64,000 nt of DNA, from NCBI GenBank assembly GCA_965242925.1, contig CBDEUM010000038.1, positions 315,668 through 379,667 of the forward strand, in the 5' to 3' direction. Position 1 is the stretch's first letter. Each line of letters begins with the position of its first letter. Source of the stretch: Roseibacillus sp. (GTDB lineage: Bacteria; Verrucomicrobiota; Verrucomicrobiia; Verrucomicrobiales; Akkermansiaceae). The position numbers were made by a program, and so were the translations under genes. The notes beneath the pieces are model-generated. The model had not been told where the DNA came from. It did no database searches and was given only the letters and a program-made list of their open reading frames with translations. Positions 17,575 through 26,963 of this stretch are shown here, one piece after another.

Positions 17575-20500
17575 GTGAGTCGCAATCCAGCAAAAGGGAC
17601 AGGGACTGCCAAAAACCTGCGGGAAATCTTCACCGCAGCGCTGGGGTGCGATGATGCGAAGGCGCGGAAGAAACTGCTGGAGCATGAGTGTAATGGCGAT
17701 GATATCCTGCGTGGGAAAGTGGAGTTATTGCTGGAGGAGTCGACCATGGTGGGAGACTTTCTGGAACGCCCTGCGGTTGAAGATCCGACCCGGGGGAGCA
17801 CGCAGGTAGAGACGATGGAGTCGCCGGGAGAAGGTCCTGGAGATGTGATAGGCCCCTACCGTCTCATCGACCTGGTGGGAGAAGGGGGAGGAGGTTCTGT
17901 TTATAGGGTGGAGCAGCAGGATCCCGTTCAGCGGACGGTTGCTCTCAAAATTCTCAAGCTGGGCATGGATACCCGGAGTGTCATCCGCCGGTTCGAAATC
18001 GAACGGCAGGCCCTGGCGGTGATGGATCACCCTCACATTGCCAAGGTTCTTGATGCGGGAGCCAGTCCCGATGGACGGCCTTACTTCGTGATGGATCTCG
18101 TGGAGGGCGAACCCATCACCGGTTACTGCGACGCCCATTCGTTATCGGTGAAATCCCGGGTCGCCCTCCTGATCAAGGTGTGCCGGGCAGTCGAACACGC
18201 GCATCAGAAGGGAATCATTCATCGCGACCTCAAGCCTTCCAATATTCTTATCGTCGAGCAGGACGGGGAGGTGGTTCCCAAGGTGATTGACTTCGGAGTA
18301 GCCAAGGCGATCGATCCTTTCGAGGACGACCGATCTCTGACCTTGAACGAAACGGTAATCGGGACTCCTGCCTACATGAGTCCGGAACAAGCGGAACGTG
18401 ATCGCGTGGACATTGATACCCGCAGTGATGTGTATTCCTTGGGGGTTCTTCTCTACGAGTTGCTCACCGGTTACACTCCGCTGGACGGTGGCAAGCTAAA
18501 GGAGGCAGGTATCGATGAGCTGCGCCAGGCCTTGCGCGAGGCCGGATCCTATCGACCCTCGCTCAAGTTGCGGCATGCACGTGTTGAGGATCGTCCCCGC
18601 ATCGGGATGGCCCGGGGAGCTTCAATTGGCAGGTTGGAGGTCGAAGTGCAGGGGGACCTCGACTGGATCGTCATGAAGTCTCTTGAACGGGACAGGTCCC
18701 GCCGTTATGGCGGAGCGAGTGAACTGGCGGCTGATCTGGAACGCTACCTGCAGGGGTTGCCGGTGGAGGCTAGTCCGCCGAGCACCCCTGATCGTCTCCG
18801 CAAGTTTGCCCGTCGGCACAGGACGGTGGTGACTGCAGCAGCCTTGCTTTTGTTCATGCTGATAGCGGGAGTGGTCATCAGCACCGGGCAGGCCTTGCGA
18901 GCCATTCGAGCCGAGCGAGAAATGAGGGAAGCTCACCGGCAAGAGTCCATCGCTCACGCGAGTGCCATGCGGGAACGGGAGGAAGCGGTTCGCAGCGAGG
19001 CTACTGCGCGGTTGCACGAGTATGTGGCCGATATCAACGTAGGTTACCATGCGGTGGAAGACGGACACATCGCCAAGGCCCTGAACCTCCTTGAGGGACA
19101 GCTCCGGTCAGATCCGGCGGGGGAACTGCGCGGCTTTGAGTGGCGCTATCTCGCTTCAAGGTGCATGGGTGTCCCTCACCGGACGATGCCTCGTCAGGGC
19201 AGCCCGGTTTCTGCCCTGTCGTTTTCTTCCGATGGGGACCTTCTGGCGGTGGGGACTCGTCACGAGGTCCTGGTGTGGGATCTATCCCGGGACAAACTGA
19301 AAATGTCCGTACCCGGGCCGGCCACCACCGTTGTTTTTCTTTCGAGAGGAGAGCGACTGGTGGTGGGTAACCGGAGCGGGGTGGTGATCTACAACTGTGA
19401 GAGCGGGGAAGTGGTGCATGAGTTGGAAGAACAGGGTGGGGGAGGCGCGGCGACTCTCTCTCCGCGGGGAAATGTGCTGGCCACGAGCGGACGTGATTCA
19501 GTAACGTTATGGGAGACCGGGAGTTGGCAGCCAATACGGCGTTTGCCCGATGTTGCCGGACCGCTGGCGTTTGCCCCCGACGGAATGACCCTGGCCACCG
19601 GTTCGCGCGAAGGAATCGTCCTGTGGTCCCTTGGGGAAGATCATCAGGTCACCCTGTATGACTCAGCGGTTCCATTGAGTGGATTCTTTCCGGGAGGGAC
19701 GAGGATTCTTTTCTCCCCGGATGGCGCGACGGTGCTGGCTCCGCATGTCGAGAAATCCGAATTGGGCGTGTTTTACCTTGGGACCTGGGATGCAGTGAGC
19801 GGAGAGGAACTGGGGGTATTGCCCGCAAGTCCTGCTGACGAGGGGCATTCGGGCATGATTACTTCGCTCTCAGCCGACTGGGAGGGGCAGGTTCTGGCCT
19901 CAAGTAGCTGGGATCATTCGGTGCGCCTCTGGGATCTGGAGACCCGACGCCTCCTTCGGACCTTACACGGACACCGGGGGGAGGTCTGGTGCACGGCGCT
20001 CTCTCCGCATGGGGGAGTGGTGGCCAGCGGAAGCAAGGATGGCGAGGTCAAGATCTGGCCCACCAGCGGAGCGCCAGAGGCGGAAGCCATCGTGGGTCAG
20101 TGGAAGCCATTGAGTTTTTCACGGGACAGTCGTTACGTCGGCGCGTTAAACAGGGAAGGGGGAGTTGCGATCATGAACCTTGAGACAAGGAAGATGGTCC
20201 ACCAGTTGGAGGTGAGTTCCTCAGACAGGCGTTACCCCCGCTATATCGTTGCTCTCACAGACGATTTGACCGCGCTGGCAGAAGCGTTGCCCGAGGGGGA
20301 AGTCAAGATGAGGAATCTGGGCAAGGAGGAGACAGTAATGACTTTTGCAAGCGGGAGTTCCCGGGTTGACAGGTTGGCTCTCGCTCCTGATTCGAGCACG
20401 ATTGTTACAGTCGGATGGCGGGATGATCTCGCCTGGTGGGATCTCACGGACACTTCAGAACCCATAATGAGAATTTCAGGTCGCCGGGCGGTGTTCTCTG

Positions 20501-21009
20501 CCGATGGGGGAACGCTTGCGACCGTGACAAGAGATGGCTACAGCATCATCTGGGATACCGCGACCCATAGGGAGCGGTTACGCATTGAACATGGGGGACA
20601 GTCCCTTGGTTCCAGCGTGGCTGTCTCGCCGGATGGAGCGATTCTGGCCCTGACCTATGGGATCGATGACTTTGAGAATACGGTCAGCCTGTGGGATACC
20701 ACCACCGGTGAGCATCTGGGGACCTTGCCGGGACACAAGCAGACCATCTGGTCAGTTACCTTCTCTCCGGACGGGCGAACACTGGCCTCCTCCAGTGCGG
20801 ACGGCACCCTTCGCTTATGGAATGTTGCCTCGCGCCGCGAACTGATGTCCATCGATCAGGGGGGATCGAGTCTTGCTCATTTGCGGTTTTCTCCCGATGG
20901 CACCTTCCTGGTAGCGGGGACTCCACCCTTTTCGAGTTCAGGCCAGATCCGGATTATTCACGCCCCGCCGATCCGCTTCGATGATCCTGATACGGATATC
21001 ATTCCGTGA
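17575..21009 (+). CDS. Hanks-type Ser/Thr protein kinase with TM helix and WD40 beta-propeller(s)
   Basis: GEGGGGSV, VALK, HRDLKPSN, DFG and GTPAYMSPEQ motifs; TM VVTAAALLLFMLIAGVVIS; many GH...WD repeats. Confidence 0.95.
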   Translation: MSRNPAKGTGTAKNLREIFTAALGCDDAKARKKLLEHECNGDDILRGKVELLLEESTMVGDFLERPAVEDPTRGSTQVETMESPGEGPGDVIGPYRLIDLVGEGGGGSVYRVEQQDPVQRTVALKILKLGMDTRSVIRRFEIERQALAVMDHPHIAKVLDAGASPDGRPYFVMDLVEGEPITGYCDAHSLSVKSRVALLIKVCRAVEHAHQKGIIHRDLKPSNILIVEQDGEVVPKVIDFGVAKAIDPFEDDRSLTLNETVIGTPAYMSPEQAERDRVDIDTRSDVYSLGVLLYELLTGYTPLDGGKLKEAGIDELRQALREAGSYRPSLKLRHARVEDRPRIGMARGASIGRLEVEVQGDLDWIVMKSLERDRSRRYGGASELAADLERYLQGLPVEASPPSTPDRLRKFARRHRTVVTAAALLLFMLIAGVVISTGQALRAIRAEREMREAHRQESIAHASAMREREEAVRSEATARLHEYVADINVGYHAVEDGHIAKALNLLEGQLRSDPAGELRGFEWRYLASRCMGVPHRTMPRQGSPVSALSFSSDGDLLAVGTRHEVLVWDLSRDKLKMSVPGPATTVVFLSRGERLVVGNRSGVVIYNCESGEVVHELEEQGGGGAATLSPRGNVLATSGRDSVTLWETGSWQPIRRLPDVAGPLAFAPDGMTLATGSREGIVLWSLGEDHQVTLYDSAVPLSGFFPGGTRILFSPDGATVLAPHVEKSELGVFYLGTWDAVSGEELGVLPASPADEGHSGMITSLSADWEGQVLASSSWDHSVRLWDLETRRLLRTLHGHRGEVWCTALSPHGGVVASGSKDGEVKIWPTSGAPEAEAIVGQWKPLSFSRDSRYVGALNREGGVAIMNLETRKMVHQLEVSSSDRRYPRYIVALTDDLTALAEALPEGEVKMRNLGKEETVMTFASGSSRVDRLALAPDSSTIVTVGWRDDLAWWDLTDTSEPIMRISGRRAVFSADGGTLATVTRDGYSIIWDTATHRERLRIEHGGQSLGSSVAVSPDGAILALTYGIDDFENTVSLWDTTTGEHLGTLPGHKQTIWSVTFSPDGRTLASSSADGTLRLWNVASRRELMSIDQGGSSLAHLRFSPDGTFLVAGTPPFSSSGQIRIIHAPPIRFDDPDTDIIP

Positions 21010-21859
21010 TGGGAGCTTTGTCCGGGGGCTTGCGCTTTTCGAGTGAAATCCCGTAGAGGGCGGCGAGAGAGGATACAAAGCCGGCATGTTCCTGGGGGAC
21101 TGCCCGGTGCCACTTGGAGAAGTACTGAGGGAAGGTTTCTCCTTGGGGAGAGGGAGAGGAATTCAGCCAGCGGATGGCATTCCAATTCTGCGGGTGACGC
21201 TCGAAAACGGCCAGCAGGACGAGGGCCATTGCACCATTTTTTTCCCGATCGGTGCCGTTAGAAGCGAGATGCTGAGCGTGTTTCCGGTAATAGGCCGGGA
21301 GGCCTGTCCGGGTAATTTCAAGATAGTCTTGGCGGGTTCGCTCGATCTCATCGGTGTAGTCACGTAGCAAAGGAGCATAACTTTTCCAGTTTCCGTATGG
21401 AGCGTTCGTTCTCCATTCCACTGACATCCTGCGCAGGCAGTAAAGGGAAGCGGTCTCGCAGATGGTCTCCTCGAACCAGAGATTGCCTCGAAAGTCTTCA
21501 TCATAACCGCATAGGACATGGCATATCTCGTGGGAAAACTGGTAGGCATATTGAGCCCAGTACAATTTTTCGGTGGTGAGTCTTATCAGATGCTCCCCTC
21601 TTTCCCCGCGCCTGAAGAGAACGATCGGTCCGTGGTCACCCCTGCTTACTGCGGTCGTTGTCTTTTCCAAGCCTTTCATGTGCCTGAGCAACTGGTCCGC
21701 GGCAGAGCGACATACGGCGTGGATATCGGCCCTGGGGGCATTGAAGCCCTCGGGGTTTACCTGAATGGTGAGGGACTTCCGCGAATCGGCCGGAGAGACA
21801 AGCTGCAGAAGGACGAAAAGTGCTGCGGAGAGAAAGAGAGGGATGTGTCGGATTCTCAT
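20999..21859 (-). CDS. Secreted hypothetical protein with HExxH zinc-metallopeptidase-like motif
   Basis: Signal peptide; QFSHEICHVLC followed by WFEETICE (gluzincin-like spacing). Confidence 0.7.
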   Translation of the reverse strand: MRIRHIPLFLSAALFVLLQLVSPADSRKSLTIQVNPEGFNAPRADIHAVCRSAADQLLRHMKGLEKTTTAVSRGDHGPIVLFRRGERGEHLIRLTTEKLYWAQYAYQFSHEICHVLCGYDEDFRGNLWFEETICETASLYCLRRMSVEWRTNAPYGNWKSYAPLLRDYTDEIERTRQDYLEITRTGLPAYYRKHAQHLASNGTDREKNGAMALVLLAVFERHPQNWNAIRWLNSSPSPQGETFPQYFSKWHRAVPQEHAGFVSSLAALYGISLEKRKPPDKAPITE

Positions 21860-21876
21860 AGGTTGAGGAGATGGTT

Positions 21877-22854
21877 TCAGTAGGGCCCACGAATGTGCTC
21901 ATGAACATTGCTGAGATAGAATCGGCGAAGCGTGTCGTGTAATTCGCCGGAAAGAGGAGCAAGAGAGGAAACGGTTGCATTTTCCTGCGCCTGTTCCGGA
22001 GAGCTCGCACCCGGGATGATGACAGAAACCGCTTCGAAATCGAGAATCCATCGTTGAGACATTTGAGCCATGGTCATGTCCTCGGGCACGAGAGGTCGCA
22101 GTTGATCGGCGAGTTGCAACCCCTTCTCAAAGGGAATCCCTGCGAAGGTTTCCCCGACATTGAAGCATGCTCCATCCCGGTTGAAATTGCGGTGGTCGCC
22201 CTCTCCGAAGGTGGTTTCAGTGGTGAACTTGCCGCTCAGTAATCCGCTGGCGAGGGGGAGTCGGACGATGATGCCGACTCCCTGTTCTGCGGCGCGGGGG
22301 AATAGTTCTTCAATAAGTTTTTGCCGGAAGGGGTTGAAGATGACCTGAAGAGAAAGGAGGTCATCATGTTTCAGGCAGGTGAGGCCCTCCTCCACGCTCT
22401 CGACACTTGCACCAAAATGCCTGATGAGTCCCTCGTTCTTGAGTGCGCGCAGCCAATCAAAAATGGCTCCTTCCCGAAGGATCGAATGCGGGACACAATG
22501 TAGTTGCACGAGGTCGAGGCAGTCCAGTCCGAGTTTCTCGTTGCTCTTGAGGATCGACTTCCGAAGGTTCACCTCGCTGTAACCGTCGGGGTAGACTTCG
22601 CGACCGGTCTTGGAGGCAACCGTGATACCGTTACCATGTTCCCGGAGGAATTTCCCGATGAGTCTCTCGCTGCGTCCAGACCCATACACATTGGCGGTGT
22701 CGAAGAAGTTCGATTCGCTGTCCTGTGCGGCCGACAGAATCTGATGTCCAGTCTCCTCATCCAGGGGGCCGAATTCGGTCCCTCCCAGCTGCCAGCAGCC
22801 CAGCCCTACTTCGCCTACTTCAAATCCATTTGAGCCAAGGGTGCGGGTTTTCAT
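21877..22854 (-). CDS. Aldo/keto reductase
   Basis: GLGCWQLGG, FFDTANVYG, VASK, DLVQLH and PLASGLLSGK motifs; full D/Y/K/H tetrad. Confidence 0.93.
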   Translation of the reverse strand: MKTRTLGSNGFEVGEVGLGCWQLGGTEFGPLDEETGHQILSAAQDSESNFFDTANVYGSGRSERLIGKFLREHGNGITVASKTGREVYPDGYSEVNLRKSILKSNEKLGLDCLDLVQLHCVPHSILREGAIFDWLRALKNEGLIRHFGASVESVEEGLTCLKHDDLLSLQVIFNPFRQKLIEELFPRAAEQGVGIIVRLPLASGLLSGKFTTETTFGEGDHRNFNRDGACFNVGETFAGIPFEKGLQLADQLRPLVPEDMTMAQMSQRWILDFEAVSVIIPGASSPEQAQENATVSSLAPLSGELHDTLRRFYLSNVHEHIRGPY

Positions 22855-22949
22855 GCGTCGCTGGACGATGGAGAGGTCGGCAGGGGGTGACAAGGAGCGA
22901 GTGAAGATGCCAGCTTGGCTGCCAGTCTGAGAGAGCTGGAATCAAATGC

Positions 22950-22981
22950 AAAACGGGCCGCAGGGAATGAGCGGCCCGTTT
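22950..22981 (-). terminator. Probable intrinsic terminator after the ThuA-domain gene
   Basis: Perfect 11-bp inverted repeat AAACGGGCCGC / GCGGCCCGTTT with a 9-nt loop and a short T run on the minus strand. Confidence 0.7.
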
Positions 22982-23010
22982 GTGGGGAATGATGGAACCG
23001 GAACCGGCGA

Positions 23011-24018
23011 TTACTTGTGATCGGAAGGTTTTATTCCCTTCTTGAAGCCGTTGAAGCTGTAAAAGGTAGGCTTATAGTCCCCGATCGGAGTGACCTTGGC
23101 TTTGCCGTCAATGGTGTCCTCCATGCCGAGTCCCCAGAAGACTCCATTGACAACCATGCGGCGGAGACCCTCGCTCTTGAAATCGGTGGCGGCTCCCATC
23201 GTGGTACAGAAGAGCCGGTTGGTCTTGCCCTTGGGATTTTTCAGTTCGCGGGTCCAAGCCACTGCCATGGCTGGATCGTTAACATCCTCGACCTGTCCGG
23301 TGGCACGGTTTTTCTTCTTTTTGCCCTCCACCGGAGCGGAGTCCGGCTTAAGGGATTTGGTTACCACGCCCCGCATGAGAATGGTGGCGTCCTTGGGAGG
23401 ATATGCTTCGTAGGTGTCGCTGTCCGCAAAGACATCTGTAGCGCCCTTCAGGATGGGATGATCCTTGTTGGCGTCTTCCACCGCGCCACGACATCCTTCC
23501 CGCTTGTGGTGTCCCCAGTGGCTCACCCAGCCCTCGCCGAGCACCTTTTTGCCGAAGCTGTTGAAGTCCCGGTAGGCGCCCTGACGGAGTTGAAAGGCGT
23601 GCGTGCTGGTGCGGAGGCCGATGATGGGGACGCCCCGGTGATAGGCATCCACAAAGTGCTTCATGTCCTCGTCGGGCCAGTTGCGGAACCGAAGGGCTAT
23701 GATGATGAGGTCAGCCGAGTCCATGGCCTCGGAGTTGGTGACACTCTTCTGGTTGTTGGGATCGATCTCGCCCTTGTCATTCACCGAGAAGAGAACGGTG
23801 CAGTCGAATCCGTGGTGATCGGAGAGGATGCGCCCAAGCATGGGCAGACATTCCTCGGAGCGATATTCTTCGTCACCACTGACAAGAACGATGTGCTTGC
23901 CCTTACCCGGGCCGTCCTTGCCCTCGTAGTGGACCGAGAGATGATGATCGGCCTGAACTGAGGTGAGGCTGAGTGCCAGGCCGGCGCCAGCTGATACGAT
24001 GCGATGGAGTCGATTCAT
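23011..24018 (-). CDS. Secreted ThuA-like (class I glutamine amidotransferase-like fold) protein
   Basis: Signal peptide from ATG 24018; HIVLVSGDEEYRSEE, PIIGLRTSTHAF, HPILKG and RLFCTTMGA motifs. Confidence 0.8.
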   Translation of the reverse strand: MNRLHRIVSAGAGLALSLTSVQADHHLSVHYEGKDGPGKGKHIVLVSGDEEYRSEECLPMLGRILSDHHGFDCTVLFSVNDKGEIDPNNQKSVTNSEAMDSADLIIIALRFRNWPDEDMKHFVDAYHRGVPIIGLRTSTHAFQLRQGAYRDFNSFGKKVLGEGWVSHWGHHKREGCRGAVEDANKDHPILKGATDVFADSDTYEAYPPKDATILMRGVVTKSLKPDSAPVEGKKKKNRATGQVEDVNDPAMAVAWTRELKNPKGKTNRLFCTTMGAATDFKSEGLRRMVVNGVFWGLGMEDTIDGKAKVTPIGDYKPTFYSFNGFKKGIKPSDHK

Positions 24019-24160
24019 GGTTAGTGGGATGGTTGGTGTTGGAACAGGCTGCATACACACCCCCTGCTGGCAAGATCTCAATCGCGCTATCCCGGGGCGG
24101 AGGCCCACGGGGAAACGGGCGGAATTGAATGGGCGGTTTCCTGGATCTCCTGAGAAATGG

Positions 24161-25087
24161 TTAATTGGAGAGGGCCCGGAGGGCGGCGACATTAGCCCTC
24201 ATCACGCTGAGGAAGTCTCCGTTTTCGGGTTGGTTACCGCAGGGGGAGATGACCACGCTGGTGAGGCCGATTTCTTTCAGTTTCTCGATGTTCCGGGGGA
24301 GAGGATCACCCTCCCAGATGAAGAGCGTGGCCCCGGGGTTCTCTTCCCGGATTCTGGACAGGGCTGCCATGTCTTCGGGGGTGAGTTCCATGTTGGGTTC
24401 CCATAAGAGTGAGGGTGCGACGATGTGGTAGGCGCGGGCCCAGTATTGATAGACCGGGTGAGAAACAATGACGGGAGCATTTCCGAGTCCGGATGTGGCG
24501 GCAGTCATCCCGGTGTCGAGGTTGTTGAGATCTTCCAGAAGGGCGTCCAGCCTGGTCATGACAGTCCCCCTGTGTTCGGGAAATCGCTCGCCGAGTGCGA
24601 GGGCTGTTTCGGATGCCTGGGCCGAAGCCTGCTTGAGATCCAGCCAGGTGGTGAACGCGAGACCGTCGTGAGAGTGAGCGTCCTCGCCCTTCTTGTGGCT
24701 GTGCTTGAGAGTGCCCTCGGTCTTGATGAGCCTGTCCCGGAAGGAACTGGAGGTCGTCACCGTGGTCTCGTAGGGGAGGGTGCGGGAGGAGGTCCACTTG
24801 GCGTAGGTTGCCCCATTCAGCAGGATGAGATCGGCCTTCTGGATGGCGGTGATCTGCTCGTCATGGGGTTCCCAGAAGGCGGGATCCTGGTTGGTCGGCA
24901 CGTCGTAGAGAACAGTGGCAAAATCGCTGGAAAGGCGTTCAGCAAAATAGGCCAGAGGATAGTTGACGGCGGCGATGACGGGCTTGTGGCTTTCGCCGTC
25001 ATGGGGCTGGGCCTGCTTTTCTTGCTCTCCGCAGGAAACGAGATGAAGAGCGAGGATCAGAGGGGAGCCGGGGAGAGCGTGTTTCAT
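24161..25087 (-). CDS. ZnuA/TroA-fold substrate-binding lipoprotein with non-canonical ligand set and His-rich loop
   Basis: Lipobox LVSC; VNYPLAYFAERL and ADLILLNGA; DPAFWEP and AFTTWLD replace DPHxYEP and DPHxWLD; loop KHSHKKGEDAHSHDG; SHPVYQY retained. Confidence 0.85.
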   Translation of the reverse strand: MKHALPGSPLILALHLVSCGEQEKQAQPHDGESHKPVIAAVNYPLAYFAERLSSDFATVLYDVPTNQDPAFWEPHDEQITAIQKADLILLNGATYAKWTSSRTLPYETTVTTSSSFRDRLIKTEGTLKHSHKKGEDAHSHDGLAFTTWLDLKQASAQASETALALGERFPEHRGTVMTRLDALLEDLNNLDTGMTAATSGLGNAPVIVSHPVYQYWARAYHIVAPSLLWEPNMELTPEDMAALSRIREENPGATLFIWEGDPLPRNIEKLKEIGLTSVVISPCGNQPENGDFLSVMRANVAALRALSN

Positions 25088-25103
25088 GCAAGAGAAGCAG
25101 TTC

Positions 25104-26289
25104 TTAGTTGAGAAACCTGGAGAGAAGATCGCTAGCGAGGGAGCGGGTGAGGGAGACGGCAATCCGTGCCAGAATCATTGCCGAGATCACGACAATGGTG
25201 ACCTCGACGGCCTTAAGGGTGCCGATCAGGATCCTGCTGGCACCGATCTTGGTGTAGGTGAGCATTTCGCGTTCACGAAGACGAAAGGAGAGCAGGAATA
25301 CGAGGGCGGCCAGTCCCAGGGCGGCCACGCCCAGAAGTCGGAAAGCTGCTAGAGCAAGACGTTGGGTGGCGAAGAGGGTGTCAGCGAGGTCTGTGACGGC
25401 AGAGAGGGGAACCACCATCTGGGCCGGTGGCGTCCCTGTCCTGATAAGCCGCCAGGGCGAGGGCGCGTTGCTTCTGGTCCCCGGGGACGAGGATGGCAGA
25501 AGAAAGGGGATAGGTGCCAGGATCACCGTGAAAGTGAAAGCTTGTGATATTCCCGTCGGTGACCTCGTTAAATTCGATCACCGAGGCATTGGCGCGAACC
25601 ACGTTCTCGCCGGATTCCCCGGGCGATCCGGAGGCCCCCGGGTCGGTCAGGTCCTGGTGACCATGTGCGAGGCCTTCGATAATCCAGGTGGTCTTGAAAT
25701 CGACGAAGACGGCGTCGTCATCAGCCGTGTGATTGGGGGCAAGCACACCGGTGATGCGCATGCGCAACGGGTAGACACCGGCAAGATCAAAGACATTCTC
25801 CGGCGAGGACGTGATAGTGTCGCCTGCCTTGAGATTCTCGCGGGCGGCAAGTCGGGATCCAATAACGCAGTCGCCAAGGCGGGTGATCATCCGTCCGGAG
25901 GACACCATGAGTTTGCGCAATTCGAAGTAGGCGAGAGAAGTCCCTATGACGGGGGCGTTCTCTGCCTCGAATCGGGCGTGCATCGGGATGGTGGTCCCGA
26001 AACGTTGCCGGGAAAGTTCTTCATAGGTGGCAAAGGTGAGTGGGGGAAGTTGCTGCGGGGTGAAATAGAGCGAGTTCAGGGTGAGGTCGATCGAGCTGCC
26101 TTTCGGACCGAGGAGGAGGGGGGTGGAGCGGGCCCGCTCCCGGAGGACATCCTCACTTTCACTGATGAAGACCTGCAGGGCGCGCGGAAAGAAGAAGGTG
26201 AGCGCGATGGCGGTGACCAGCGTGAGCGATCGCATCGGGCGATGGCTGAGGTGTTTCCAGCTGAGGAATGCGATGCCGCCGGGATTCAT
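25104..26289 (-). pseudogene. FtsX/MacB-type ABC permease split by a frameshift near 25420-25440 (pseudogene or assembly indel)
   Basis: ORF 25381-26289 gives TM1 and the periplasmic domain. The C-terminal TMs (QMVVPLSAV...RLREREMLTYTKIGAS) continue in another frame to the stop at 25104. Confidence 0.8.
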
Positions 26290-26960
26290 GGGGTGGCGGT
26301 TTCCCGGAACTGGTTGAGTTCTTCAAACTGCACGACTGCGTCGAAGGCATCCAGCAGTTCGACATCGTGGGTGGCGACCACAAGACACTGTCCCCGCTCG
26401 CGGGCGGTGTTGATCATGACATCCAGCACCCTGCGCTTGTTGCGAGGGTCAAGATTACCGGTAGGTTCATCGGCCAGAACAAGGCTGGGCTTCGTGCTCA
26501 GGGCACGACAGATGGCGACCCGCTGTCTCTCGCCGTGGGAGAGGTTGCGGGGGTGCATTCTCCAGTAGCCTGCGATTCCGGTATGTTCGGCGAGTCGTTT
26601 CGCCTCCGCTTCGATGGCGGGCCGTTGCGATCTCAGGCCGAGATGTATGGGGAGAAGGATGTTTTCTCCTACCGCGAGATGCTCGACGAGTTCAAACTCC
26701 TGGAAGATGAGCCCTATTCTCGCCAGCCTGAAGGTTGCACCCATGGCGTCTCCCAGGGAACTGACCTCAACGCCGTCCACGCGGACAACTCCCCTGGACG
26801 GGTGAAGAATCCCGGCGGCCAGATTGAGGAAGGTGGTCTTTCCGCAACCACTGGGCCCGACGATCGCGGTTGCCTGTGCCGCCTGGCAGGCGAAGTGGTC
26901 GATCCGCAGGCGATAGTCGCTTTGCGGATATTGAAATTCGATCTCTTCGACTTGGAGCAC
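26286..26960 (-). CDS. ABC transporter ATP-binding protein, LolD/MacB-like
   Basis: GPSGCGKT, IGLIFQEFEL, LSHGERQRVAICRAL and LADEPTGNLD motifs. Confidence 0.92.
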   Translation of the reverse strand: MLQVEEIEFQYPQSDYRLRIDHFACQAAQATAIVGPSGCGKTTFLNLAAGILHPSRGVVRVDGVEVSSLGDAMGATFRLARIGLIFQEFELVEHLAVGENILLPIHLGLRSQRPAIEAEAKRLAEHTGIAGYWRMHPRNLSHGERQRVAICRALSTKPSLVLADEPTGNLDPRNKRRVLDVMINTARERGQCLVVATHDVELLDAFDAVVQFEELNQFRETATP

Positions 26961-26963
26961 GGA

